From contig JAOPTT010000005.1 of NCBI GenBank assembly GCA_051531975.1, positions 64,001 to 128,000 on the forward strand: DNA of 64,000 nt, given 5' to 3'. This DNA is from Spirochaetaceae bacterium. GTDB taxonomy: Bacteria > Spirochaetota > Spirochaetia > DSM-2461. Under the pieces are notes generated by a model, which saw nothing but the letters and a program-made list of their open reading frames with translations, searched no databases and was not told where the DNA came from. Shown here in pieces: positions 48,309 to 57,588 of this stretch (position 1 is the first letter of the stretch; each line of letters begins with the position of its first letter). The position numbers and the translations under genes are program-made.

Positions 48309-50054
48309 GTGGCTACTATAAATATAAAAATTAATGGTACTCCTGTAGAAGTAGAACAAGGAACAAGAATTCTTGGTGCTGCTAAGTTAGCAGGGGTAAA
48401 CATACCTACACTATGTGATCATTCGGACTTAGAGCCGTGGGCATCATGTGGTATATGTATTGTAAAAGTGGAGGGTTCTCCAAAATTAGTTAGAGCTTGT
48501 GCTACGGAAGTAGTTGAAGGTCAAAACTATATTACTCACGATCCTGAACTTCAGGAAGTAAGAAGAACTGTATTAGAGCTAATTATCTCTAATCACCCTC
48601 TTGAATGTCTTACATGTGCTAGAAATGGTGTTTGTGAGCTACAGGATCTTGCAGAGGATTTCTCAATAAGAGAAGTTCCTTATACTAATGGTGTTAAAGA
48701 CCTTCCAAGAGATGAGTCTACAAACGCTTTAGTTTTTGATCCTAGAAAATGTGTAAACTGTGGTAGATGTGTAAATGTATGTCAGCAATTACAGGACGTT
48801 TGGGCTCTTGAGTTCATAGGTCGTGGTGACGATACATTAATGACTGCTGCTGGTGGTGCATTAATAGCTGAATCACCATGTATAAAGTGTGGGCAATGTT
48901 CTGCTCACTGTCCTGTTGGAGCAATCTACGAAAAAGATGAAACTCAGGAATTTATGCAGATGATAGGTTCTGATAAACATGTTGCTGTACAAATGGCACC
49001 TTCTGTAAGAGTTGCAATTGGTGAAATGTTTGGTATGGCTCCTGGAACTGTAACTACTGGTAAAATATATGCATCACTTAGAAGACTAGGTGTAGATGCT
49101 GTATTTGATACAAACTTTGGTGCTGACCTTACAATTATGGAAGAGGGATCAGAGCTAGTTGAAAGAATAACTACTGGTGGACTATTACCACAAATTACTT
49201 CTTGTTGTCCAGCGTGGACTGATTATATGGAGAAATATTATCCCGATATGATTCCTCACTTTTCAACTGCAAAATCACCTATGATGATGCAGGGAGCAGT
49301 TACTAAAACTTATTATGCTGAGTCAAAAGGTTTAACTGCGAAAGATATTTATTCTGTAGCAATAATGCCTTGTACTGCTAAGAAATACGAAATCTCAAGA
49401 GATGACAATATGTCAGCTTCTGGTGAGAAAGATGTAGATCTTGTAATTACTACTAGAGAGCTTGGAAGACTTATTAAGTCTGCCGGAATCGACTTTGTTA
49501 ACTTAGAAGACGAGAAAGCTGATAGCTCTATTGGTATGTATGCTGGTGCAGGTACAATCTTTGGTGTAACTGGTGGAGTTATGGAAGCAGCTGTAAGAAC
49601 TGCTCACGTACTTGTAACAGGTAAAGAGATTGAAGATGTTAATGTAACTGCTGTTCGTGGTGCTGAAAATGTTAAAACTGGTGAAGTAGCACTTGGTGAT
49701 ACTAAACTTAGAGTTGCTGTTGCACACGGTATGGCTAATGTAAGAGATTTAATGGACGAAGTACGGGCTGCGAAAGAAGCTGGTGGTGAACCTCCATATC
49801 ACTTTATTGAAGTTATGGCATGTAACGGTGGTTGTATTGCTGGAGGTGGTCAACCTTACGGAACTAACGATGAAGTTAGAGCCCAAAGAACTGCTGGAAT
49901 TTATAGTGATGATGAGAGATCAACAGTTAGATGTTCACATCAGAACCCTGAAATCCAAAAAATATACAAAGATTACTTTGGAAAACCATGTAGCCATAAA
50001 GCTCATGAATTATTACATACAAAATATCAAGAAAGACCTTTATATACTAAATAA
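48309..50054 (+). CDS. hydA: [FeFe]-hydrogenase catalytic subunit, group A (A3 context)
   Basis: H-cluster motifs TSCCPAW, MPCTAKKYE and EVMACNGGCIAGGGQP; N-terminal 2Fe-2S, His-ligated and 2x4Fe-4S motifs. Confidence 0.96.
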   Translation: MATINIKINGTPVEVEQGTRILGAAKLAGVNIPTLCDHSDLEPWASCGICIVKVEGSPKLVRACATEVVEGQNYITHDPELQEVRRTVLELIISNHPLECLTCARNGVCELQDLAEDFSIREVPYTNGVKDLPRDESTNALVFDPRKCVNCGRCVNVCQQLQDVWALEFIGRGDDTLMTAAGGALIAESPCIKCGQCSAHCPVGAIYEKDETQEFMQMIGSDKHVAVQMAPSVRVAIGEMFGMAPGTVTTGKIYASLRRLGVDAVFDTNFGADLTIMEEGSELVERITTGGLLPQITSCCPAWTDYMEKYYPDMIPHFSTAKSPMMMQGAVTKTYYAESKGLTAKDIYSVAIMPCTAKKYEISRDDNMSASGEKDVDLVITTRELGRLIKSAGIDFVNLEDEKADSSIGMYAGAGTIFGVTGGVMEAAVRTAHVLVTGKEIEDVNVTAVRGAENVKTGEVALGDTKLRVAVAHGMANVRDLMDEVRAAKEAGGEPPYHFIEVMACNGGCIAGGGQPYGTNDEVRAQRTAGIYSDDERSTVRCSHQNPEIQKIYKDYFGKPCSHKAHELLHTKYQERPLYTK

Positions 50055-50074
50055 TAAAACTTTCTGATTTTAAT

Positions 50075-50100
50075 AAAGGCTCCCACTTGGGAGCCTTTTT
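50075..50100 (+). terminator. Terminator after the hyd operon
   Basis: AAAGGCTCCCA-CT-TGGGAGCCTTTTT. Confidence 0.85.
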
Positions 50101-50162
50101 CTTTACCTAATCTTTACTATATAATTATTGACTCATTATATATTTAAACTAACAATGTAAGT

Positions 50163-50843
50163 ATGAAGATTTTAGTTGTAGAAGATAATGAGAATATACG
50201 AGAAGCTGTAACATCATTTCTTATCTTAGAAAATTTTATAGTGGATTCTACCCATAATATTTCGATTGCAAAAAAACTATTAAACAATAATCCTGATCTA
50301 ATTATATTGGATATAATGTTACCTGATGGTAATGGGTATCATTTTGCAAAATATATAAGAGAATTGTCCAACGTTCCAATTATTTTTTTAACAGCAAAAG
50401 ATAGTGAATCTGAGCGAATTAAAGGTTTTGAAGTTGGAGCTGATGATTATGTAACAAAACCATTTTCAGTTAAAGAACTAGTACTAAGAGTTAATGCGGT
50501 TTTAAGAAGAGCAGTTCCTAAAAATGATATTGAGCACGAAATTATGCAGTTTAAAAAAAATGGCCAAAGTTTAAGTTTAAATTTAAAATTACATACAATA
50601 TCTTTAACTGGTAAAATATTAAACTTGACCCCAACTGAGTGGTCTCTTTTAAAATATCTAATAGATAACAGAGATATTATCTTGGATAAAGAGCGTATTT
50701 TAGAGAGTTGTCTAGGTTACAGTTCCGATAGTTCGGATAGAGTTATTATTACACATATCAAAAATATAAGAGAGAAACTAGGAGATAAAGAGTGGATAGA
50801 GACCATAAGAGGTTTTGGATATCGATTTTGCGGGGAAGAATAA
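50163..50843 (+). CDS. OmpR-family response regulator
   Basis: VVEDN, LDIMLPDG, GADDYVTKPF and HIKNIREKL...ETIRGFGY motifs. Confidence 0.95.
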   Translation: MKILVVEDNENIREAVTSFLILENFIVDSTHNISIAKKLLNNNPDLIILDIMLPDGNGYHFAKYIRELSNVPIIFLTAKDSESERIKGFEVGADDYVTKPFSVKELVLRVNAVLRRAVPKNDIEHEIMQFKKNGQSLSLNLKLHTISLTGKILNLTPTEWSLLKYLIDNRDIILDKERILESCLGYSSDSSDRVIITHIKNIREKLGDKEWIETIRGFGYRFCGEE

Positions 50844-52114
50844 GCTTCTTTCTTCTTATTTTTACTGTCCTATTTAGTATCACTCTGTTAACTTCTATTA
50901 GCCAAATAGTTCTATTTAATTTAAATATAAACAGATCAGTAGAGAACTGGAAAATAGATAGAGTTGATAGGATCAAAGTTGAAGCTAAAAACTATTTATT
51001 AAGTGGAAATATTACTGACTTTAATGAACCTTTAGAAATAATTGATGTTGAGTATAATACTATTTATAGTAACGTTGATATAAATACTCATCCAGGTTGG
51101 AATTTGAGAAAAAGCAGAAAAGGTAATATAGGTTTAATCGAATTATATGATCAGAAACTTCTTATTGGGTACATACGTATTGAAAACATGCAGTTTAAAA
51201 ATAAAACAGAAAACCTTAATTTATTAAATTCTCTAATTACAAATATACTGTATTCAACTATGGGTTCCATTATTTTATCATTTGTCATTTCACTAATTGT
51301 TTCAAGAGCTTTATCAAAGTCTACGATAGATATAAACCGTGCATTAAAGGATATTGAAGCAGGTCAAGAGTTGAATTTCAGAGCACATGGGGCAAAAGAG
51401 ATAAGAGAGATTGGTATAAGCGTAATTAAACTTTCAAAAAAGTTAAATAAAGAGAAAGATTTAAGGAATCAGTGGTTACATGACATCTCCCACGATTTAA
51501 AAACACCACTATCAGCGTTAAAATTGCAATTTGAAGGTATGTTAGATGGTTATTTGTCGTTAGATATAGAGAGAATAAAAAAGAATAATAGAGAGGTAAC
51601 AAGGTTGGAGCATCTTATTATGGGAATCGATGAATTAATGAAAGTAGAATCTCCAGGACTTATTTTAAATAATTCTACTTTTCCAACTAAAGAGTTAATT
51701 TATAGTTTAGATGAACGTTTTAAAGATATAGCTAATGCAAAAAAGCGTAATTTAAATTTTCAAAATAATACAAAAATGTTAACTGCAGACTTTGAACTTA
51801 TGTTTAAAGCTATATCGAATTTAATTGAAAATGCTATAAATTATTCCCATGAAGAAAGTACTATTACAATTGAGTTTTCTGAGATCGAAAATACTAATTA
51901 TAGAGTTAAAATTGAAAATATAGGGAAGACAATTCCGGGGGAAGATATACCATACCTATTTGACCGATTATATCGTGGAGATTTTTCTAGGGAGAGTAGT
52001 GGCACAGGACTTGGCCTATCAATAGTTGATGTTATAATAAAAAAGCATGGTGGTTATACAGAAGTTGAATCTGAAAATGGAATAAATTGCTTTAGTATTA
52101 ATTGGAAATTATAA
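50792..52114 (+). CDS. Sensor histidine kinase
   Basis: ISHDLKTPLS, NLIENA, LFDRLYRGD and GTGLGLSI motifs; the true start may be TTG at 50828. Confidence 0.9.
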   Translation: MDRDHKRFWISILRGRISFFLLIFTVLFSITLLTSISQIVLFNLNINRSVENWKIDRVDRIKVEAKNYLLSGNITDFNEPLEIIDVEYNTIYSNVDINTHPGWNLRKSRKGNIGLIELYDQKLLIGYIRIENMQFKNKTENLNLLNSLITNILYSTMGSIILSFVISLIVSRALSKSTIDINRALKDIEAGQELNFRAHGAKEIREIGISVIKLSKKLNKEKDLRNQWLHDISHDLKTPLSALKLQFEGMLDGYLSLDIERIKKNNREVTRLEHLIMGIDELMKVESPGLILNNSTFPTKELIYSLDERFKDIANAKKRNLNFQNNTKMLTADFELMFKAISNLIENAINYSHEESTITIEFSEIENTNYRVKIENIGKTIPGEDIPYLFDRLYRGDFSRESSGTGLGLSIVDVIIKKHGGYTEVESENGINCFSINWKL

Positions 52115-52149
52115 CTTTAATGTTTAATAATTAATATAGGGAGAACCAA

Positions 52150-53268
52150 ATGAAATTTTTAAAAATAATAATTCCATCTGCTGTATTATTAATAATTGGT
52201 ATGTTGTTTCTATTTACTTATGAAGCCCCACCTATAAAAGTTGGTTTTATTACAGATCTTTCAGGAAAAAACTCTAATCTAGGACAATCAGTCCGAAATG
52301 GTCTTCTTTTAGCGATTAATGAAATAAATGAAAGTGGTGGTATAAAAGGTCATAAAATTGAACTTTTAGTGCAAGATCACGCTGGTTCAAAGGACAATTG
52401 TTTAACAGGGACTAAGTTTTTAGTAGATTCTGGGGTAAATGTAATAATTGGGCCTATATTAAGTGGAATGGCATCTACAGTAATCGCAGGTGTAGAAGGT
52501 AGTGACGTTTTAATAATAGCTCCCACAGTTAGTTCAAATGAGGTTTCTGGAATTGATGATAACTTTCTAAGAATCTTTGCGACATCTTCTCAGCAGGGTC
52601 AATATTTGGCAGAAATCTCAATGGCTAGAAACGAAAAAAATGTAGTTATTGTTTTAGATGAAAAAAACAGCTCTTATGGGCTAAGTGTTGCTAAGGGGTA
52701 TAATGATACTACAGAAGGAAGTGATACAAAAGTATCAAAAGTTATATCCTTTAATGGGAAATCAGAATATTTAGATATAATCGCAACATTAAAAGAGATA
52801 GAACCGGATTCAATTGTTTTTATTGCAAATGGACTTGATAGTGCCAATATAATACAACTTTACGCAAAAGAGCATACTATTCCTAATCTTTATGGAGCAG
52901 CATGGGTAAGGGTTAGTGGTGTCGAGAGGTTTGGTGGAAGTAGAGTTGAAGGTATGATTATTTCTGATAGTTTTGTTAATCCTGAACCAACAGAGTCAGA
53001 ACTTATCTACATGGAGAATTATAGAAAAATGTTCAACCAGGTTGGTACAACTATAGGTATTTATTCATATGAATCAATGTATTTATATAAAACAGGAGTT
53101 GATGAGTCTAACAGTTTTAAAACAAAAAATATTAAAGACACAATTATTAATTTAGATGTTATACCGGGAGTTATTGAAAATTATAGTGTAGATAAATTTG
53201 GGGATGGAGTTAGAAGTTTATCTCTATATATTATAAAAAATAATGAGTATGAATTATATGAAAAATAA
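52150..53268 (+). CDS. Branched-chain amino acid type (LivJ-like) periplasmic binding protein
   Basis: PIKVGFI.DLSG, LAINEINESGGIKG..IEL and VIIGP motifs. Confidence 0.88.
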   Translation: MKFLKIIIPSAVLLIIGMLFLFTYEAPPIKVGFITDLSGKNSNLGQSVRNGLLLAINEINESGGIKGHKIELLVQDHAGSKDNCLTGTKFLVDSGVNVIIGPILSGMASTVIAGVEGSDVLIIAPTVSSNEVSGIDDNFLRIFATSSQQGQYLAEISMARNEKNVVIVLDEKNSSYGLSVAKGYNDTTEGSDTKVSKVISFNGKSEYLDIIATLKEIEPDSIVFIANGLDSANIIQLYAKEHTIPNLYGAAWVRVSGVERFGGSRVEGMIISDSFVNPEPTESELIYMENYRKMFNQVGTTIGIYSYESMYLYKTGVDESNSFKTKNIKDTIINLDVIPGVIENYSVDKFGDGVRSLSLYIIKNNEYELYEK

Positions 53269-54385
53269 ATCTAGAGTTATCCTAATTATTGGAATTTTAA
53301 TATCACTAATTTTAGCTTTTCATTTAGTTAAATTCACACGTACTTCAATTCCTATCAAAATTGGATTTGTAGCTGATTTTTCATTAGATAGCAATAATGT
53401 AGGAGTCTCTGGTCGAAATGGTATAATGACAGCTATAGATGAAATAAATACTAAAGGGGGAATAAAGGGTCGGCATCTTGAACTAATAACAGCTGATAAT
53501 AAAAATAATGTTGATAGTTGTGATACCGCAGTTAAAAGTTTAATAGATTCAGGTGTTTCAGTTATAATAGGACCTTTGTTGAGTCAAATGATAAATTCCG
53601 TTGTTGATACAACAAAAAATTCTGATCTTTTAGTTATTAGCCCTGTAGTAAAATCTAATCAGTTAACAGGAATTGATGACCATCTAATTAAAGTTAACTC
53701 TACTGCGAAAGAAGAAGGTTATCTACTTGCCGATGCAATATTTAAAAGGAAAGATAAAAAAGTTGCTCTTTTATGGTCTGCATATAATCGCTTATATACA
53801 TATGGTGTTATTAGTGGGTTAAAAGAGAAACTAATAGAAAATAATATTAATATAGAATTGGAATATCAGATAGAAGATGATCATGATCAGACTAGTATCG
53901 TTGAAAAATTAAAGGAATTAAATTTAGATGCTATCGTTTTTGTTGCAAAAGGGGATATTGTTGCTGGAATAACTCAAAAGTTTTCGATACTAGGAGATAT
54001 TCCCAATCTTTATGCTAGTGAATGGACCAAGATTACTCAAGTTTCTGAATTTGGTGGAAAATCAATAAATGGTATGGTTTTTTCTGATTCAGCCGGAAGA
54101 TATACAGAAAGCTTATCTTCATTAGCTTTTTATAATCATTATACAGAGCACTTTTTTATTGAACCTTCAACACCTTCATATTTATCATATGAATCTATGA
54201 TGATTTTTTATTACGCAGCTTTACAAAACGGTGGTAATATAGATAGAGACTCTTTAAAAAAGACGATTTTATCATCTGAGTATGATATTCTCTCTGATGT
54301 TTTTCATTTTGATAGATATGGTGATGTTATCCGTAATGATAAAATCCTATATATAATAAAAGATAGCGAATATTATATTTATTGA
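53258..54385 (+). CDS. Second LivJ-like periplasmic binding protein
   Basis: PIKIGFV, AIDEINTKGGIKGR.LEL, VIIGP and FDRYGD motifs; paralog of the upstream gene. Confidence 0.85.
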   Translation: MKNKSRVILIIGILISLILAFHLVKFTRTSIPIKIGFVADFSLDSNNVGVSGRNGIMTAIDEINTKGGIKGRHLELITADNKNNVDSCDTAVKSLIDSGVSVIIGPLLSQMINSVVDTTKNSDLLVISPVVKSNQLTGIDDHLIKVNSTAKEEGYLLADAIFKRKDKKVALLWSAYNRLYTYGVISGLKEKLIENNINIELEYQIEDDHDQTSIVEKLKELNLDAIVFVAKGDIVAGITQKFSILGDIPNLYASEWTKITQVSEFGGKSINGMVFSDSAGRYTESLSSLAFYNHYTEHFFIEPSTPSYLSYESMMIFYYAALQNGGNIDRDSLKKTILSSEYDILSDVFHFDRYGDVIRNDKILYIIKDSEYYIY

Positions 54386-54429
54386 TATTAAGGTTTGCTA
54401 CTCTTTAAGATACATATTAATATAGTTAG

Positions 54430-54645
54430 ATGAATAACCCTAATTGTACTAAATGTATACATTATTATATAACTTTAGACGAAAGATTTCCTAAAGGTTG
54501 CAAGGTTTTTGAGATTAAAGGAAAGATTTTACCATGTATCGATGTACTTAGATTTACTGGTTTTAGTTGTCCAGTATTCGAAGAGAGAAATAATACAGCT
54601 CAGAAAAGCTTTAAAAATGATCATAAGTTTGATACATTAGCATAA
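54430..54645 (+). CDS. Small Cys-rich conserved hypothetical protein
   Basis: CxxCxHYYIT...FP.GC..F..K...P......G..C..F pattern; probably binds metal. Confidence 0.7.
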   Translation: MNNPNCTKCIHYYITLDERFPKGCKVFEIKGKILPCIDVLRFTGFSCPVFEERNNTAQKSFKNDHKFDTLA

Positions 54646-54680
54646 TAGTAAACATAAACAGATAGCAAGAGGAGTCTGCA

Positions 54681-55517
54681 GTGCAGTTTAGGCCCTATGG
54701 GGATACAGGAAGAGTTTTATCCTGTCTCGGAGTAGATATTTCTAGTAATATAAAAAATCAGTATCAGTACGATACAATATTAAATCAGGCTTTTAACCGA
54801 GGTATTAACTATATACAATACGACTACCGAATGTTTAGAAGATTTATAAACTTAAAAGCAGGTTTAGATAAAGCTCATCAGGGTACTCCTGTTGATATTG
54901 GTATTGTTGTTCCTTCTAATATTCTTAAAATTAAGAATGTTTTAAATAAAGCTATAAAACAACTAGATATTACATCCATTGACTTTTTAATAATTCAAGG
55001 AAGAATTTCAGAATCTATTCTTGTTACTAACTTTTTAACACTTTTGAAAAAAGATAATAGAGTTAGGCACGTTATATTTACTGTTGCCGATGCTGATAAA
55101 CAGATCGATAAGTTAGAGAATACTGAGGGATTAGATGGAGTTAATTTTACTGGGGATGCTGTTCTAAACGCACTTAACCGTGATTATTCCTATAATCAGC
55201 ACAAAGGAACAACTGTTCATAATATATTTTCTGGTGATAAATACAAAGCTGAAAACTCAATAATATTTTTAGCAAAGGCACTATCCATTAGTGACATAAA
55301 TATAGTGACTCACAGATTTATTAACTTTAAGGAAGTTGATTTTGTTATCGATTTCATAGAAAAGGAAGAGGCATATAATGATTCAGTCTTAACCGATGAA
55401 CAGATTTTAGAACATGTGCAGGAAGTACATTATTACGATGTTCTTAAGGGTCAAAAGTCTTTATATAAAAAAATTAAGTCATTATTTAGAAAAGAGAGGC
55501 ATCTTCTAAATGTTTAA
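54681..55517 (+). CDS. Degenerate aldo/keto reductase-fold protein
   Basis: N-terminus MQFRPYGDTGRVLSCLG and A..RGINY resemble AKR, but the DTA..Y catalytic motif is missing; AGGAG RBS with GTG start. Confidence 0.5.
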   Translation: MQFRPYGDTGRVLSCLGVDISSNIKNQYQYDTILNQAFNRGINYIQYDYRMFRRFINLKAGLDKAHQGTPVDIGIVVPSNILKIKNVLNKAIKQLDITSIDFLIIQGRISESILVTNFLTLLKKDNRVRHVIFTVADADKQIDKLENTEGLDGVNFTGDAVLNALNRDYSYNQHKGTTVHNIFSGDKYKAENSIIFLAKALSISDINIVTHRFINFKEVDFVIDFIEKEEAYNDSVLTDEQILEHVQEVHYYDVLKGQKSLYKKIKSLFRKERHLLNV

Positions 55518-56325
55518 AATAAAAAGTTTATATCTATTTTTATTATCTGCAACTATTTGTTCTCTATTTTTACATGGTCTGTTCTTTTATGTATTAGGAT
55601 TTTCTGTCTTAACTATCATAATAGTAAATAGAGGTATCTTTTACACACTTAGAGCTAATAAATACCTGGTTAATAAAGAACATGAGAGAGGGTATAATCT
55701 CCTGCAAAAGGCATATAAAACTGGTACAATACCATTTGTTGTAGCTAATGGTTACATTTATCTCTCTTTAAAATATGGTTACTTAGCAGAAGCTGGTGAA
55801 GCCATTGAGAAGTTTTTGTCTGGTAAGATACTATATAAGATTAAAGAGAGTCAAAAAAATCAAATATTAACACAAAAAGCACTTTTTTTATGGAAATCAG
55901 ATAAGATTGAAGATGGTATTACAATATTAAATGATCTTTATGAGTCAGGATATAAAACTACTATATTTTATGGTAATTGGGGTTGTCTGTTATTATTAAA
56001 TAATCAAATAGAAAAAGCTGAAAAAGTATGTATAGAAGCATATGATTATGGTGCAGAGGATAAAGTTAATTTAGATAACTTAATAACACTGTATGTTGAG
56101 CTAGAAAAATGGGATGTAGCTGAAAAATATTATAATGAATTAGTTAAGTTAAGTCCTACTTTCCCAGAAGCTTATTACCATGGTGCTATAATAGCTTTAA
56201 ATAATAATAAATTAGAAGAGGCTACAGAGCTTGCTAATAAATGTCTAGAGTTCGAGTTAAACAACCTTTCATCAATCAGTGAAAATGATATTACCGATTT
56301 AATTCAAAAATTAAAAGTTAATTAA
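55510..56325 (+). CDS. Membrane-anchored TPR-repeat protein
   Basis: N-terminal TM segments followed by helical repeats (AEKYY..LV.L.PTFPEAYY). Confidence 0.75.
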   Translation: MFKIKSLYLFLLSATICSLFLHGLFFYVLGFSVLTIIIVNRGIFYTLRANKYLVNKEHERGYNLLQKAYKTGTIPFVVANGYIYLSLKYGYLAEAGEAIEKFLSGKILYKIKESQKNQILTQKALFLWKSDKIEDGITILNDLYESGYKTTIFYGNWGCLLLLNNQIEKAEKVCIEAYDYGAEDKVNLDNLITLYVELEKWDVAEKYYNELVKLSPTFPEAYYHGAIIALNNNKLEEATELANKCLEFELNNLSSISENDITDLIQKLKVN

Positions 56326-56370
56326 TATATTTAATTATAATCTGGTAAAGTTCAAAGTTGAGTATTATAA

Positions 56371-57588
56371 TTGTCTAAAAGGGGTATTATATTGCATACT
56401 TTATCTGTATTAACAATAGATGATAATGACTCTATTCGATTCTCAATTGCAAGTTACCTAGAGGATGTAGGGTATGACGTTTTTGAAGCTGAAGATGGTG
56501 AATCAGGAATAGAGATAATTAAAAATAGTTCTCCTGATGTTATTTTAACAGATACACATATGCCTGGTTTAAGTGGAATTGACGTTCTGAAATTTGTCAA
56601 AGAGAATGCTCCAGAAACTCCTGTTATTGTAATCTCTGGAGCAGGTGAAATTGAATTCGTTGTTGAAGCCTTAAGGGCTGGTGCATGGGATTATATTACA
56701 AAACCAATAGAAGATCTTAATTTTTTATCTCACTCAATTGATAAAGTTGTAAAACGAGTTAATCTTATTAAAGAGAACAAAGAGAAGAGTTTAGAGTTAG
56801 AGATTGCTAATAAAGAGTTAATTGATACTGTTAGAGAATTAAAAACGACTCAAACTAAACTTATCGAATCTGAAAAAATGGCTTCGCTAGGTTATATGGT
56901 TAACGGTGTTGCCCATGAGATAAATACCCCATTAGGTGTTTGTATGACATCTATCAGCTATTTAAAAGATGAAACTACAAATATAATTAATCTAAATAAA
57001 TCTAGTCAGATGAAGTTAAGTGACTTTACTAGTTTTACAAAAAACATGAATGAATTAACTGGAATAATTGATAACTCTTTGAATTCAATTTGTAGGCTTG
57101 TTACTAACTTTAAGCAGCTGTCATCTGATCCAGATTCTGAAAACAAGAAAAACTTTAAATTAAATGATGCGATCTCAAGTATGATACTTATAGTTAGTTC
57201 ATCTTTTCCAAATATTGAACTAGAGTTAGACATTAATGGTGATGATATAAATATAGATAGCTATCCTGAAGTTATAAATCGTATATTTACAAAACTGACT
57301 GAAAACAGTTTTCTACATGGTTTCAGCTTAATGGATAAAGGACGAATAGAGGTTAATATTCAAAAGAAAGATGAATCTGTTAATATTGAATTTAAAAACA
57401 GTGGTAGGGAGATAGAAAAAAGTATAATCGATAAAGTTTTTGAGCCCTTTGTTACAGATAATAGACAAGATGGAACAGGGTTAGGTCTTTGTATCGTATA
57501 TAATTTAGTTGAGTTTACACTAAAGGGTGATATCTCATGTAAAAACCTATCTGATGGTGTAAGCTTTTATATCTCTATTCCTCTTTAA
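56371..57588 (+). CDS. Hybrid REC-histidine kinase (cytoplasmic)
   Basis: N-terminal REC (IDDN, TD.HMPG, GAWDYITKP), AHEINTP, FEPFVT and GTGLGL motifs. Confidence 0.9.
   Translation: MSKRGIILHTLSVLTIDDNDSIRFSIASYLEDVGYDVFEAEDGESGIEIIKNSSPDVILTDTHMPGLSGIDVLKFVKENAPETPVIVISGAGEIEFVVEALRAGAWDYITKPIEDLNFLSHSIDKVVKRVNLIKENKEKSLELEIANKELIDTVRELKTTQTKLIESEKMASLGYMVNGVAHEINTPLGVCMTSISYLKDETTNIINLNKSSQMKLSDFTSFTKNMNELTGIIDNSLNSICRLVTNFKQLSSDPDSENKKNFKLNDAISSMILIVSSSFPNIELELDINGDDINIDSYPEVINRIFTKLTENSFLHGFSLMDKGRIEVNIQKKDESVNIEFKNSGREIEKSIIDKVFEPFVTDNRQDGTGLGLCIVYNLVEFTLKGDISCKNLSDGVSFYISIPL

Noticed and set aside
54430..54645. Uracil-DNA glycosylase label sometimes given to this kind of small protein
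   Set aside because: 71 aa is too short and no UDG catalytic motifs are present.
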